Of a stretch of 54,179 nucleotides of DNA, positions 29,554 to 39,181 are shown piece after piece (the first letter of the stretch is position 1; the number at the start of each line of letters is the position of its first letter). This DNA is from Acidimicrobiia bacterium (GTDB lineage Bacteria; Actinomycetota; Acidimicrobiia; IMCC26256; DASPTH01). The position numbers and the translations under genes are program-made. The stretch covers positions 1 through 54,179 of the forward strand of contig JBBDHW010000022.1 of NCBI GenBank assembly GCA_040880805.1, given 5' to 3'. Below the pieces are notes generated by a model. That model had not been told where the DNA came from, ran no database searches, and saw only the letters and a list, made by a program, of their open reading frames with translations.

Positions 29554-31686
29554 TCAGCGCTGCGCGACGCGGAGCTCGTCGATGACGAGATCGGTCGACG
29601 ACCAGGCCTGGATACCCACGCGGTTGCCAAATGCGCCTTCGCGTCCGCGGTCGACCGAGGCCTGCTTCAGGCTGTCGACCTCGAGCACGGTCTCGCCGTT
29701 CACCGACGCGACGAGTCGCTCATCGTCGACGGTGAGGCGCACGGCGAGGAGCCCGTGCATCGCCTCCGGGTCTGACGCGGGAACCCGTGCGATCGGGTTC
29801 CACAGCTCGCGGTCGGCGCGCCATTCGCGCACCAGGTAGCTGCCACCTTCGTACACCGGATCGACGTCGAACGAGTAGCCCGACATGCGGCCGTCGTCGT
29901 CGATCATCGCACGGAAGAGCAGGCCGAATCCGGGGCCTGACCGGAGGTCGACGTACGTCTCGAGCGCGAAGTCGGACGCAGCCGTCACGTCGGCCAAGGC
30001 CCAGCGTTCGTCGGCGCGGCGCATCACGAGGCTGCCGGTGCTGCGCACTTCCACGAGCGGGACTGCGTTGCCGAGCACCCACTCCGTGCCGGCTACGACG
30101 AACTGCTCCTCGGGCTCGGGCTCGGGCACCGAAGGTTCGTCGACTGCGAACGCGGCCGCACCGATCGCCGCGGCGGGCGAGTCGTCCCACTGTGGGCGCC
30201 AGCTGATCAGCGGCAGCTCGTCATCGATGTCTTCGACAGCGTCGAGCTCGACTTCGAGCTCGGGCTCGTGCGCGGCGACTTCGATGTCGGTTTCGGGTTC
30301 CGCGGGTTCCGCGGCGACCTCGGCGACGGAGTTGCGGCCGACTTCGGTCTCCGGCTCCGCCACCGGTTCGCCGACTGGCCTCGGCGTGAGGGGATCCCAC
30401 GACGCGGGTCCCGGTTCGATCGCCACCGGCGCGTCGGCTTCCGCATCGCCCCAGTCGATGTAGAACCCGGTGTTCGTCGCCTCCGGGTCGGGTTCGTGCG
30501 CCCACGGTCCGGGAACGGCTTCGAACGGTGTCGCGGTCGCGAACCGAGGATCGAAGACCTCGGTCGGCGTCGCAACGTCGACGGTGTCCGCGGCTTCCGT
30601 CGCCCACGCGTCGTTCTCGTTCACGCCGAACGCCGCCGGGTCCGTGTCCGGTGTCGCGACAACAGGAGGCTGTTCGGACCAGGGTGTGGCCCAGGTCGGC
30701 TGCACCGGATCCCACGCGTCGGTGACGCCGGGCTCGGATTCGATATCGGGCGGGAGCTCAGCGGGCGTGTCGGCCGGCGTGTCGAACCCCGAGGGGCCCT
30801 GCAAGGCATCCCACGGCGACACGTACGACTCGCCCCGCATCGCGACGTCGATCGGTGGAGCATCCGCAGCGTTCGTCAGATCGGCAACGGTGCTCTGCGC
30901 GTTCGGCATCTCGACGAGCACCGACTCCGACTCCTCCTCGTCGGTGTCGTCCGGTTCGAATTCCGACTTGTAGTCAGCCTCGAACGTCGGCCACTCGTCG
31001 TACGGCTGTGCGTCGACGTCCTCGACCGCGCCGGGAGGCGGCGGTGTGACGAGTTCGGGCGACTTCGCGAAGGGGTCGTCGTTCGTTTCGTCGCTCGGTA
31101 GTGGCAACGGCTCGGGCAGCCGCGCGAGCTCCTCGAAGACATCGACGGGCTCCGCGGGCGACGGGGTCGTGGGCGTGGCGGGCGACGGGATCGACGCGTC
31201 GCCCGGCCACCGCACCGCCTCGAGCGGATCGATCCGCTCGATCGGCCAGTCGTCCTCGGCCGGTGCAGGCTCGCTCGCCGCTGCGATGGCGCGCGCTCGC
31301 CGCCGCCCGGTGACAGCCGGGACGGTCGGCGGCGCGACTTCTTGGCTTTGCCGAAGCTGCGCGACGGTGTCTTCGATGCTCGAGGGCATCGGCAGGTCGG
31401 CGACGGCCGGTGCCGGTGTGTCGGTCGCGAGTGCAGCCTCGAGCTCGGGGGTCGACGCCGGCACTCGAAGCTCCGACACGTCGACACCACACGATCCGGC
31501 GAGCACGAACAGGTCGCTGTCGGGGATCGGGATGCGACCCTTCTCGTATGCGTTCAGCTCACGCCGCGTCAGGCCCGCGCCGCGTGCCACCTCCGACTGC
31601 GACAAGCCCTTGCGCCGCCGGACGTCGCGCAGGTGCTTGCCCAGCTGTTTCGGGGTCAGCGTGTCGAGCGTGGGCGCCTCGGCCAT
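29554..31686 (-). CDS. XRE-family HTH protein with a ~400-aa acidic disordered linker and an uncharacterised ~180-aa C-terminal domain
   Basis: N-terminal Cro/C1 HTH (LGKHLRDVRRRKGLSQSEVARGAGLTRRELNAYEKG). An extremely D/E/P/T/A-rich region follows. The C-terminus is predicted beta-rich. The ORF-track extension upstream of 31686 is Arg-rich and overlaps the gamma-CA gene, so it is rejected. Confidence 0.6.
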   Translation of the reverse strand: MAEAPTLDTLTPKQLGKHLRDVRRRKGLSQSEVARGAGLTRRELNAYEKGRIPIPDSDLFVLAGSCGVDVSELRVPASTPELEAALATDTPAPAVADLPMPSSIEDTVAQLRQSQEVAPPTVPAVTGRRRARAIAAASEPAPAEDDWPIERIDPLEAVRWPGDASIPSPATPTTPSPAEPVDVFEELARLPEPLPLPSDETNDDPFAKSPELVTPPPPGAVEDVDAQPYDEWPTFEADYKSEFEPDDTDEEESESVLVEMPNAQSTVADLTNAADAPPIDVAMRGESYVSPWDALQGPSGFDTPADTPAELPPDIESEPGVTDAWDPVQPTWATPWSEQPPVVATPDTDPAAFGVNENDAWATEAADTVDVATPTEVFDPRFATATPFEAVPGPWAHEPDPEATNTGFYIDWGDAEADAPVAIEPGPASWDPLTPRPVGEPVAEPETEVGRNSVAEVAAEPAEPETDIEVAAHEPELEVELDAVEDIDDELPLISWRPQWDDSPAAAIGAAAFAVDEPSVPEPEPEEQFVVAGTEWVLGNAVPLVEVRSTGSLVMRRADERWALADVTAASDFALETYVDLRSGPGFGLLFRAMIDDDGRMSGYSFDVDPVYEGGSYLVREWRADRELWNPIARVPASDPEAMHGLLAVRLTVDDERLVASVNGETVLEVDSLKQASVDRGREGAFGNRVGIQAWSSTDLVIDELRVAQR

Positions 31687-31734
31687 GTTCCCCGGGTATC
31701 GGCCTCCTACCTGCGTCCCTGTAGGGTCAGTCCC

Positions 31735-32253
31735 GTGGCGCTCTATGCGCTCGGCGACGTCGAGCCCCGCATCCATCCCGCCGCCTACGTGCACCCCGAT
31801 GCCACCGTCATCGGCAACGTCGCGATCGGAGCGGAGTCGACCATCTGGCCCCAAGCCGTCCTCCGGGGCGACTACGGCTACATCACGATCGGGGCCCGCA
31901 CCTCGATCCAGGACGGCACGGTGGTCCACTGCACCGCCGAGTACCCCACGATCATCGGCGACGACTGCGTTGTCGGACACCTCGCGCACCTCGAGTGCTG
32001 CATCATCCACGACCGCGCGCTTGTCGGCACCGGGTCGATCGTGCTGCACCGCGCAGTGGTCGAGTCGGGTGCGCTCGTGGGTGCGGGCGCGGTCGTGCCG
32101 AACGACATGATCGTGCCGGCGGGAGCGATGGCGCTTGGTGTGCCGGCGAAGCTGCGCCCCGACTCGGCCGACACCCAGGAGATCGAACGCATCGCGGGCC
32201 TCTACGTCGCGAACGCGGTGCGGTACCGCAAGGAACTGCGCCGGCTCGATTGA
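31735..32253 (+). CDS. Gamma-carbonic anhydrase-family protein (hexapeptide repeat, PaaY/CaiE-like)
   Basis: ALGDVEPRIHP..A.VIG.V.IG..S.IW and His ligands characteristic of gamma-CA. GTG start. Confidence 0.8.
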   Translation: MALYALGDVEPRIHPAAYVHPDATVIGNVAIGAESTIWPQAVLRGDYGYITIGARTSIQDGTVVHCTAEYPTIIGDDCVVGHLAHLECCIIHDRALVGTGSIVLHRAVVESGALVGAGAVVPNDMIVPAGAMALGVPAKLRPDSADTQEIERIAGLYVANAVRYRKELRRLD

Positions 32254-32264
32254 CCCTTCACGGC

Positions 32265-33560
32265 CTACCCCTTCACGTAGGCGAACTTCTCGGCGACCTT
32301 CCCGTCGCGCACCCGGATCACGTCGACGCCGCGTACGGCGCTCTCGGTGCCGTCGTCGTTCTTCCACGTGAACCGCCACTGCACCACGCAGCGGTCGGCG
32401 GTCGCGATCACGTCCTCCGCGTCGAAGTGCGCGGTGGGGGTGGAACCGAAGAAGTCCTCCCATGCCGCGCGCACCGCCGACTGTCCAACGCGGCGCTCGC
32501 CCATCGGTGGCGACGTGCTCTCGAACACGCAGTCGTCCGTCATCGCCGCCATTACCGCGTCGACGTCGTGACGGTTGAAGGCCTCGTTGAACGTTTCGAC
32601 GGCCGCGACTGTCGCGGTGGTGTCGTGAGCCATCAGGCCTCCTGTGTCGTCTTCTGGGTTTCGGTAGATGTCGGGTTCGACGAAGATGAGCTTGGCGACG
32701 GGCACCGAGGCTCTCACGCGCGCTTCGACCGTGTCGATCGCGCGCGCGAGCCCCCGTATTGTGTCGCACGCGAGCTCGAGTTTGGCGGCGACGAGCACGT
32801 CGTCAGGACCGAGGTGCATCGTGCGCAGATGGATGATGCGAGTGACCTCCGGTCCGTCGGAGATCGCAGCCCGAATTTGCTCGTCGTACTCCGGTGTGAC
32901 CGCCTCGCCGATGAGCAGGCTCTTCATCTCGATCGCGAGCACCACCGCGATGACGCCCAGCAACGCGCCTATGCCGAGGCTTCCCGCCGCGTCCCACCGC
33001 GGATCGTCGGTGACCTCCGAGATCGTGATGCCGACCAGTGCGATGGCGAGGCCGACCAGCGCGCCGGTGTCCTCGAGGAGGACCACGGGGATCTCCGCGT
33101 TCTTGGTGTTGCGGATGAAGCTCCACCACGACCGGCCCTCGCGCATCGGCAGGGCCTCGCGCCGAGCCGTCCGGAGCGACAGTGCTTCGAGCACGATCGC
33201 GACTCCGAGCACCGCGTAGGCCACCAGCGGCGAATCGAGATGCTCGGGGTTGCGCAACTTGTCGACACCCTCGGCGAGCGCGAAGAGCGAACCGAGCGAG
33301 AAGAGCACCAACGCGACCACGAACGCCCAGAAGTAGCGCTCCGGTCCGAAGCCGAACGGGTGCACTTTGGTGGGCGCGCGCCGGCTGCGTCGACCACCGA
33401 GGAACAGCAGTCCTTGGTTGCCGGTGTCGGCCACCGAGTGGACCGCCTCCGCGAGCATCGAAGCCGATCCGGTGACGGCGAACGCGAGGAACTTCGCCGC
33501 TGCGATGCCGAGGTTGGCGAGGAACGCGGCGACGATTGCCCGCCGAGTCCCGTCATGCAT
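32265..33560 (-). CDS. Cation diffusion facilitator (CDF) transporter fused in frame to a C-terminal SnoaL/NTF2-like domain
   Basis: Six-TM CDF with HSVADTGNQ and a C-terminal cytoplasmic domain, then about 130 aa of NTF2-like fold (AVETFNEAFNRHDVDAVMAAMTDDCVFES...) with no intervening stop. Confidence 0.7.
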   Translation of the reverse strand: MHDGTRRAIVAAFLANLGIAAAKFLAFAVTGSASMLAEAVHSVADTGNQGLLFLGGRRSRRAPTKVHPFGFGPERYFWAFVVALVLFSLGSLFALAEGVDKLRNPEHLDSPLVAYAVLGVAIVLEALSLRTARREALPMREGRSWWSFIRNTKNAEIPVVLLEDTGALVGLAIALVGITISEVTDDPRWDAAGSLGIGALLGVIAVVLAIEMKSLLIGEAVTPEYDEQIRAAISDGPEVTRIIHLRTMHLGPDDVLVAAKLELACDTIRGLARAIDTVEARVRASVPVAKLIFVEPDIYRNPEDDTGGLMAHDTTATVAAVETFNEAFNRHDVDAVMAAMTDDCVFESTSPPMGERRVGQSAVRAAWEDFFGSTPTAHFDAEDVIATADRCVVQWRFTWKNDDGTESAVRGVDVIRVRDGKVAEKFAYVKG

Positions 33561-34260
33561 CGGCGACGTCCCACACCGAGGCGGTCGCGACCCGTGTGAC
33601 GGTACCGTCGGGCGCCGACATGCGCACGATCGACGAACCGCGCTCGTAGCCCTCGAGCCGTCCGGTGACCGACTGCGGCGCCCCATCCGGTGTGGTGCAC
33701 GCGATACAAAGCGTGCGCCCGCGTCCGAGTCGGATCCGCTCGTCCCAGCCGTACCGGAGGCGCCCATCGGGTCCGACGCGCGCGGCGCGGCCGACATGCA
33801 CGCCATGCTCGCGGTACGAGTCGGCGAGCGCGGTCGCTCGATCGGGTCCGCAGAACTCGTCGGTGGCGTCGAGGAGCACGCGCGCGAACGTCCGGCCATG
33901 GTGCGGCAGACCGGAGTCGAGTCCGAGCGCGAAGTGCACGAGCTCGTGCAGCACCACGCCCTTCGTTCGGTAGCGGCGGGGGAGCGTGATCGTCGGGCCC
34001 GCTTCCTCTTCACGGTAGAAAGCCTGGCGAGCGCCGTTGCCCGGGCGCAGGCGCGGCACCGTCGAGAGGTTCCGGTCGGGAAAGCGCAGGTGCCACCACA
34101 TCGAGCCGACCACGCGGTCGACGAAGCGCGCGCAGGCTTCGAGTCCCGGAAGCGGGCTCGACGGCAGCGGAGTCTCGGCGAGGTACAGGCGCGTCCGCTG
34201 CGCATCGCGAGGACGGCGCGGCCCCCTGAGATCATCCTGAGACGTTGCGGAACCGTCCAT
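33553..34260 (-). CDS. Putative zinc metallohydrolase (HExxH motif)
   Basis: HELVHFAL motif within a ~235-aa soluble protein. It overlaps the start of the CDF-SnoaL gene by 8 nt. Confidence 0.55.
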   Translation of the reverse strand: MDGSATSQDDLRGPRRPRDAQRTRLYLAETPLPSSPLPGLEACARFVDRVVGSMWWHLRFPDRNLSTVPRLRPGNGARQAFYREEEAGPTITLPRRYRTKGVVLHELVHFALGLDSGLPHHGRTFARVLLDATDEFCGPDRATALADSYREHGVHVGRAARVGPDGRLRYGWDERIRLGRGRTLCIACTTPDGAPQSVTGRLEGYERGSSIVRMSAPDGTVTRVATASVWDVADA

Positions 34261-34328
34261 CGACCGTCACGGTAGGCTCCGCGCGTGCCGCCCCCGCGTA
34301 CCAGCAGCCTGTCGCGCCGCGTGCGCCG

Positions 34329-35237
34329 ATGAGCGGGCCGATCATCGAGGTGCGCGGCCTCTCGAAGCGCTTCGGCGCGGGTGTCCTCGCGGTCGACGAT
34401 CTGAGCTTCCAGGTGGACCAGGGTCAGATCTGCGGGTTGCTCGGCCCGAACGGCGCGGGAAAGACCACAGCCCTCCGCGTGCTGCTCGGCTTGATCTACC
34501 CCACCGCCGGTGAGGCGTGCCTCTTCGGCCGGCGCGTTCGCCCAGGTACCCCGTTGCTCGGCAGGGTCGGCGCACTCATCGAGACCGCGGCGTTCGTCCC
34601 GCACCTCTCGGGGATGACGAACCTCGAGCTCTGGTGGGAGGCGGGCGGCGCCCGTCTTGCCGACGCTGATCTCGACAGCGCGCTGGCGATCGCCGGGCTC
34701 GGAGACGCGATCAACCGCAAGGTGAAGACCTACTCCCAGGGCATGCGCCAACGGCTCGGCCTTGCGCGTGTGCTGCTCGGCCGGCCCGAGGTGCTCGTGC
34801 TCGACGAGCCGACGAACGGTCTCGATCCCGGCGAGATGCGCGAGGTGCGCCAGCTCGTGCACCGCGTAGCCGACGCCGGCGCCACCGTGCTCTTCTCGAG
34901 CCACGTCCTCGCCGAGGTCGAACAGATCTGCACCCATGCCGTGGTGATGGACAAGGGTCGCCTGGTCGCGTCCGGCTCGGTGACCGAGCTCATCGGGGTC
35001 TCGGGTTCCATCTACTTCGAGGTCGACGACGTCGCCGCCGCGCAGCGGGTGTTGCAAGAGGTCCGAACCGTGACGCGGGTCGACGCCGAACCGCCCGGGC
35101 TCACGGTTGGCATCAACAGCGGTTCACGCTCGGAGCTCGTTGCCGCGCTCGTGCGCGCGGGTGTCGGTGTGGAGACGGTGATGTCGCGCCGCCGCCTCGA
35201 GGATGCGTTCCTCGGGCTGGTGGAGGGCGAGAACTGA
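34329..35237 (+). CDS. ABC transporter ATP-binding protein (ABC-2 / exporter type)
   Basis: Walker A GPNGAGKTT, signature YSQGMRQRLGLARV and Walker B LVLDEPTNGLD. Confidence 0.85.
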   Translation: MSGPIIEVRGLSKRFGAGVLAVDDLSFQVDQGQICGLLGPNGAGKTTALRVLLGLIYPTAGEACLFGRRVRPGTPLLGRVGALIETAAFVPHLSGMTNLELWWEAGGARLADADLDSALAIAGLGDAINRKVKTYSQGMRQRLGLARVLLGRPEVLVLDEPTNGLDPGEMREVRQLVHRVADAGATVLFSSHVLAEVEQICTHAVVMDKGRLVASGSVTELIGVSGSIYFEVDDVAAAQRVLQEVRTVTRVDAEPPGLTVGINSGSRSELVAALVRAGVGVETVMSRRRLEDAFLGLVEGEN

Positions 35238-36046
35238 TGGGGCTCGTCCGCACCGAAACGGTGAAGGCCACACGCCGCCTGCGCACCTACATCGCGTTCG
35301 CGGTGGTGGTGGTGATCCCGATCATCATGACGGTCGCGCTCAAGGCCAACCCGCCCGATCCGGGGGAGGAGCATGGCGGTGGCGGCGGTCTGTTCTTCCT
35401 CGCCGCGCGCTTCTCGGGGCTCGTCATGCCGGCGGCGGCCCTCGCACTGATGAGCACGTTCATGCTCATCATCATCGTGGCCATCTTCGGCGGCGACGCG
35501 ATGGCGAGCGACGCTTCGTGGGGGAACCTGCGGTTCATCCTGATGCGGCCGGTCGGGAGGGTCAAGCTGCTCGCGGCCAAGCTTCTGGTTGCGGCGCTCG
35601 TGTCGTGGGCCGCGGTACTCACCGTCACGTTGGTCGGGCTCGCAGCCGGAGCCATCGCGTTTGGCTGGCAGCCACTGACGCTTCTGAACCAAACAACCGG
35701 CGATCAACTCGTGAACCTCGGGATCGCGACCGCCTACATCGCGTGGATGCTCACAGGTCTCGTCGCGTTCACGTTCCTGCTCTCGTGCATGACCGACTCG
35801 CCGGCCGCCGCCACCGTCACCGGCGTCGGTCTCTACATCGCGTCGCAGATTCTCGACGCGATCGAGCCGCTCGGATCGTTGCGGTACGTGTTACCCACGC
35901 ACTACCTGGACGCGTGGCGCGCCCTCATCTTCCAGGGTCACGCTACGTCCGATATGGCGCGCGGCGCGCTGTTGATGTTCGGCTACGTGCTCCTCTTCAC
36001 CGGGATCGCGGTGTGGTGGTTCCGCCGCAAAGACATCCTCAGCTGA
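35237..36046 (+). CDS. ABC-2 family transporter permease
   Basis: Six TM helices. Its start overlaps the ATPase stop. Confidence 0.7.
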   Translation: MGLVRTETVKATRRLRTYIAFAVVVVIPIIMTVALKANPPDPGEEHGGGGGLFFLAARFSGLVMPAAALALMSTFMLIIIVAIFGGDAMASDASWGNLRFILMRPVGRVKLLAAKLLVAALVSWAAVLTVTLVGLAAGAIAFGWQPLTLLNQTTGDQLVNLGIATAYIAWMLTGLVAFTFLLSCMTDSPAAATVTGVGLYIASQILDAIEPLGSLRYVLPTHYLDAWRALIFQGHATSDMARGALLMFGYVLLFTGIAVWWFRRKDILS

Positions 36047-36070
36047 CTCGCACGTCAGTTCACGGCGGAA

Positions 36071-37003
36071 TCAGCTGAGTTCGGGCAACTCCTGGTCCTG
36101 GGCGAGGCTGGGGGCGTAGAGGTCGTTGTGCTCGGTGACGCGAGCGAGGACCGTGGCGGGATCGAACTGCAGCGCGTCGCCGTCGCCGCTCTCGGCGGCA
36201 GTCCCGACCTCGTCCCACGTGACCGGCGTCGACACGCTCGGCTCCGGTGTCGCGCGCAACGAGTACGCGCACACGGTTGTCTTGTGCCGGTCGTTCTGGC
36301 TCCAGTCGACGAACACCTTTCCGTTCCGCTGATCGCGCGCCATGGTCACCGTGACGTGCTTCTTGTCGCGTGACTCGAGGATCCGCCCGACCGCGAGCGC
36401 GAACGCCTTCGTGGCTTCGGCGTCTACAGACGGCCGGAGCCCGACCGAGAGATGGATCCCCTTCGAGCCCGACGTCTTCGCGACCACGTGCAGACCCAGT
36501 TGGTCGAGCAGCTCGCGCACGTCGAGCGCAACACGCGCGCAATCGACGATGTCAGCCGGCGCGCCCGGGTCGAGGTCGAACACCATCGCGGTGGGGTGCC
36601 ACGGGTCGCTCGCACGTGCCTGGGGGGTGTGGAGCTCCAGCGCGGCGAGGTTTGCCGTCCACACGAGCCCCGGAACGTCCTGGATCGAGCACGCCTGGAT
36701 GTCGGAGCCCGCGTCGAGCGGCACCGTCTCGACCCACGGCGGACGGTGGCCGGGGCAGCGCTTCTCGAAGAAGCGCTCGCCTTCTACGCCGTCGGGGAGC
36801 CGCACCATCGTGAGCGGGCGGTCCCCGAGGTGGGGGAGCAGCGCCGAGGCGACCCGGGTGTAGTAATCGACGACCTGGCCTTTGGTGAAGCCGGTCGCGG
36901 GGTACAACACCTTGTCGAGGTTGGTCAGCCGGAGTTGGCGACCGCCGACCTCGACGAGCGTTTCCGCCCCTGCGCGTCCCGTACCCTTGGACCGAGTGGC
37001 CAC
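36071..37003 (-). CDS. NHEJ polymerase/primase domain protein (standalone LigD PolDom)
   Basis: LTNLDKVLYP...GFTKGQVVDYY...FFEKR...SGSKGIHL...VDWSQN motifs of the LigD primase-polymerase domain. No ligase or nuclease domain is present. Start about 37003-37006. Confidence 0.75.
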   Translation of the reverse strand: MATRSKGTGRAGAETLVEVGGRQLRLTNLDKVLYPATGFTKGQVVDYYTRVASALLPHLGDRPLTMVRLPDGVEGERFFEKRCPGHRPPWVETVPLDAGSDIQACSIQDVPGLVWTANLAALELHTPQARASDPWHPTAMVFDLDPGAPADIVDCARVALDVRELLDQLGLHVVAKTSGSKGIHLSVGLRPSVDAEATKAFALAVGRILESRDKKHVTVTMARDQRNGKVFVDWSQNDRHKTTVCAYSLRATPEPSVSTPVTWDEVGTAAESGDGDALQFDPATVLARVTEHNDLYAPSLAQDQELPELS

Positions 37004-37070
37004 GACCTGCGAAGGTAGTAGCCCCTGAAGCGGGCTGACTCGACCTCCGATTCGACCCAGGAGAAACCCC

Positions 37071-38000
37071 GTGCCCAGCGCAATTTGGCGCGGCTCGATC
37101 AGCTTTGGGCTGGTCACCGTGCCGATCAAGATGATCTCCGCGACGCGGTCCCTCGACGTCCGGTTCCACCAACTCGAGGAAGGCACCGGCTCCCGCATCC
37201 GCTACCGCCGCGTGGCCGAGCAGTCCGGCGAAGAGGTCCCGAACGAAAAGATCGTGAAGGGATACGAATTCGAGCCCGGCCGCTACGTGGTGGTGGAGGC
37301 CGACGAGATCGCAGGCCTCAAGCCGAAGGCGAGCCGCCAGATCGAGATCGAAGACTTCGTCGACCTCGCCGACATCGATCCCGTCTACTTCGAGCAGCCG
37401 TACTACCTCATCCCCGACAAAGACAACGCCAAGGCGTACCGCCTGCTCGCCGACGTGATGCAGGAGCTTTACAAGGTCGCGATCGGACGCTTCGTGCTCC
37501 GTTCGAAGGAGGCACTCGTCGCGATCCGTCCGGTCGACGGCGTGCTGGTGCTCGAGACGATGCGTTTCGCCGACGAGGTGCTCGCGCCCGACCGTGAGCA
37601 GCCGCTGGCCGAGCCGGCCAGCGAGCCCACCGAGCGCGAGATGGTGATGGCGCGTCAACTCGTGGGCTCGCTCACCGCGAAGTTCGATCCCGAGAAGTAC
37701 CACGACGAATACCGCGAGGAGTTGCTCGCACTCATCGACAAGAAAGCTGCCGGCGAGGAGATCGTCGCTGCCCCCACCGCGCAAGAGCCGGCCAAGGTGC
37801 TCGACCTGATGGCCGCGCTCGAAGCGAGCCTCGCTCGCGCGGGCGCGAAACAGGCGAGTAGCGGACGCGGTTCCGCCAAGAAGACGGCTGCGTCACGCTC
37901 CGCCAAGTCGTCGAAGCGCGGGGTACCCGCGAAGAAGGCAGCCGCGAAGAAGGCTTCGGCGAAGAAGATCACCGCCAAGCGCACGCGAAGATCGGCCTGA
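37071..38000 (+). CDS. ku: Ku protein (NHEJ)
   Basis: MPSAIWRGSISFGLVTVPIKM N-terminus and a Lys-rich C-terminal tail. Confidence 0.9.
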   Translation: MPSAIWRGSISFGLVTVPIKMISATRSLDVRFHQLEEGTGSRIRYRRVAEQSGEEVPNEKIVKGYEFEPGRYVVVEADEIAGLKPKASRQIEIEDFVDLADIDPVYFEQPYYLIPDKDNAKAYRLLADVMQELYKVAIGRFVLRSKEALVAIRPVDGVLVLETMRFADEVLAPDREQPLAEPASEPTEREMVMARQLVGSLTAKFDPEKYHDEYREELLALIDKKAAGEEIVAAPTAQEPAKVLDLMAALEASLARAGAKQASSGRGSAKKTAASRSAKSSKRGVPAKKAAAKKASAKKITAKRTRRSA

Positions 38001-38005
38001 GCTGG

Positions 38006-39181
38006 TTACTTCGCCTTGCTGATCTCGGAGCCGACGGTGAGCCCGAACATTGCCACCGTCGACGCCGCGAGCAGCTTGTCGGCGGCGATCCGCGCGCCCA
38101 TGACGACGATGACCGCGAACACATAGGCCTCGGTGGCCGCGCGCATGAACGACGTGGCGCCGGCCCAGATGAAGTGGTTGGGCAACATGGCGACCACCAC
38201 CGCGAACACGAACGCCGCCTTCTCGTAGGGCCGCGCGTGGGAACGCGCGAGCGAGACAGCCGCAACCGTGATCGCGAGCACGAGAAAAGCGAGAGACGCG
38301 TCACGGAAGAGCCCGGCACCGCTCGAGGGTGAGAACTTGTCGCGCGCGTCGATGAGCCCGGAGAGTGGGACCACGATGTTCGTGTTGCCGGAGTCGCCGA
38401 TCGGGAAACTTCCCCACTGCAACCGGAGTGCGATCTGCCAGACCGCAGCGACCGCGAGAGGGATGACACCGACGATCAGCTGCGCCCGCTGCTCGCCCGC
38501 GCCGATGCGACGGCGTGCGAACTCCCAGACCCACATCACCACGAGCGCAATCGGCAGCACTGCGGCCGTCTCGCGCGTCAACACCGCGTACGTCGCCAAC
38601 AGCACCGCGACCACGGTGTGCTGACGGCGCAGCGCCAGCACGGCTCCCGCGAGCGAAGCCGCGGCGACGATCTCGGTGAGATCGAACCCGAGTGAGTAGA
38701 CGAAGCCCGGATAGAGCGGCAGGAGCAGCCCCCATACCGCGGGTCTGCCGCTGTCCACGGCGAGCGCGCCTCCGAACCATCCGAGGGCGAACATCGCGAG
38801 CACGTTGACCGCGATCAGCGCGAGCGGCACCAGGTCGGGGTCGCCCAAGCTCCCGAGGTACCCGAGCAGCGGATACCCGATCCGCGCGCTGCGCAGCGCC
38901 GGCGTGTCGAAGATGACGCCCTCGACGCGCTCGGCGGTGGAGAACGGCCTGACGGCCATGCGGTAATAGAACTGCCCGTCGAACGTGCTGCCGCGCGGGA
39001 GCACCTCGAGCGAGCTCGGAGCGGCCGCGGGATCGGTCCACGGGGGCGCCGCGTGCACAAAACCGGAGACGCCGTGTTCCGACGCGAGCGCGATCCCGGC
39101 GACGACGAGCAGCGCGATGACTCCGCTCGCACACGCCACGCCGATGGGCCGGCCCCAGAAGCGGCGCAACCCGGTGATCAT
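38006..39181 (-). CDS. Integral membrane protein, putative GT-C-like glycosyltransferase / glycopolymer assembly protein
   Basis: About 10 TM helices and no soluble domain. It sits next to a GT2 / deacetylase / GT-C cluster. Confidence 0.5.
   Translation of the reverse strand: MITGLRRFWGRPIGVACASGVIALLVVAGIALASEHGVSGFVHAAPPWTDPAAAPSSLEVLPRGSTFDGQFYYRMAVRPFSTAERVEGVIFDTPALRSARIGYPLLGYLGSLGDPDLVPLALIAVNVLAMFALGWFGGALAVDSGRPAVWGLLLPLYPGFVYSLGFDLTEIVAAASLAGAVLALRRQHTVVAVLLATYAVLTRETAAVLPIALVVMWVWEFARRRIGAGEQRAQLIVGVIPLAVAAVWQIALRLQWGSFPIGDSGNTNIVVPLSGLIDARDKFSPSSGAGLFRDASLAFLVLAITVAAVSLARSHARPYEKAAFVFAVVVAMLPNHFIWAGATSFMRAATEAYVFAVIVVMGARIAADKLLAASTVAMFGLTVGSEISKAK

Noticed and set aside
31687-32769. 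N-terminal 360 aa of the 1071-aa minus ORF (Arg-rich)
   Set aside because: It is antisense to the well-supported gamma-CA gene and compositionally aberrant. The real start is the ATG at 31686, which gives an HTH N-terminus.
33561-35057. N-terminal 500 aa of the 930-aa minus ORF
   Set aside because: Arg-rich and antisense to the ABC ATPase gene. The CDF domain begins cleanly at MHDGTRR (33560).
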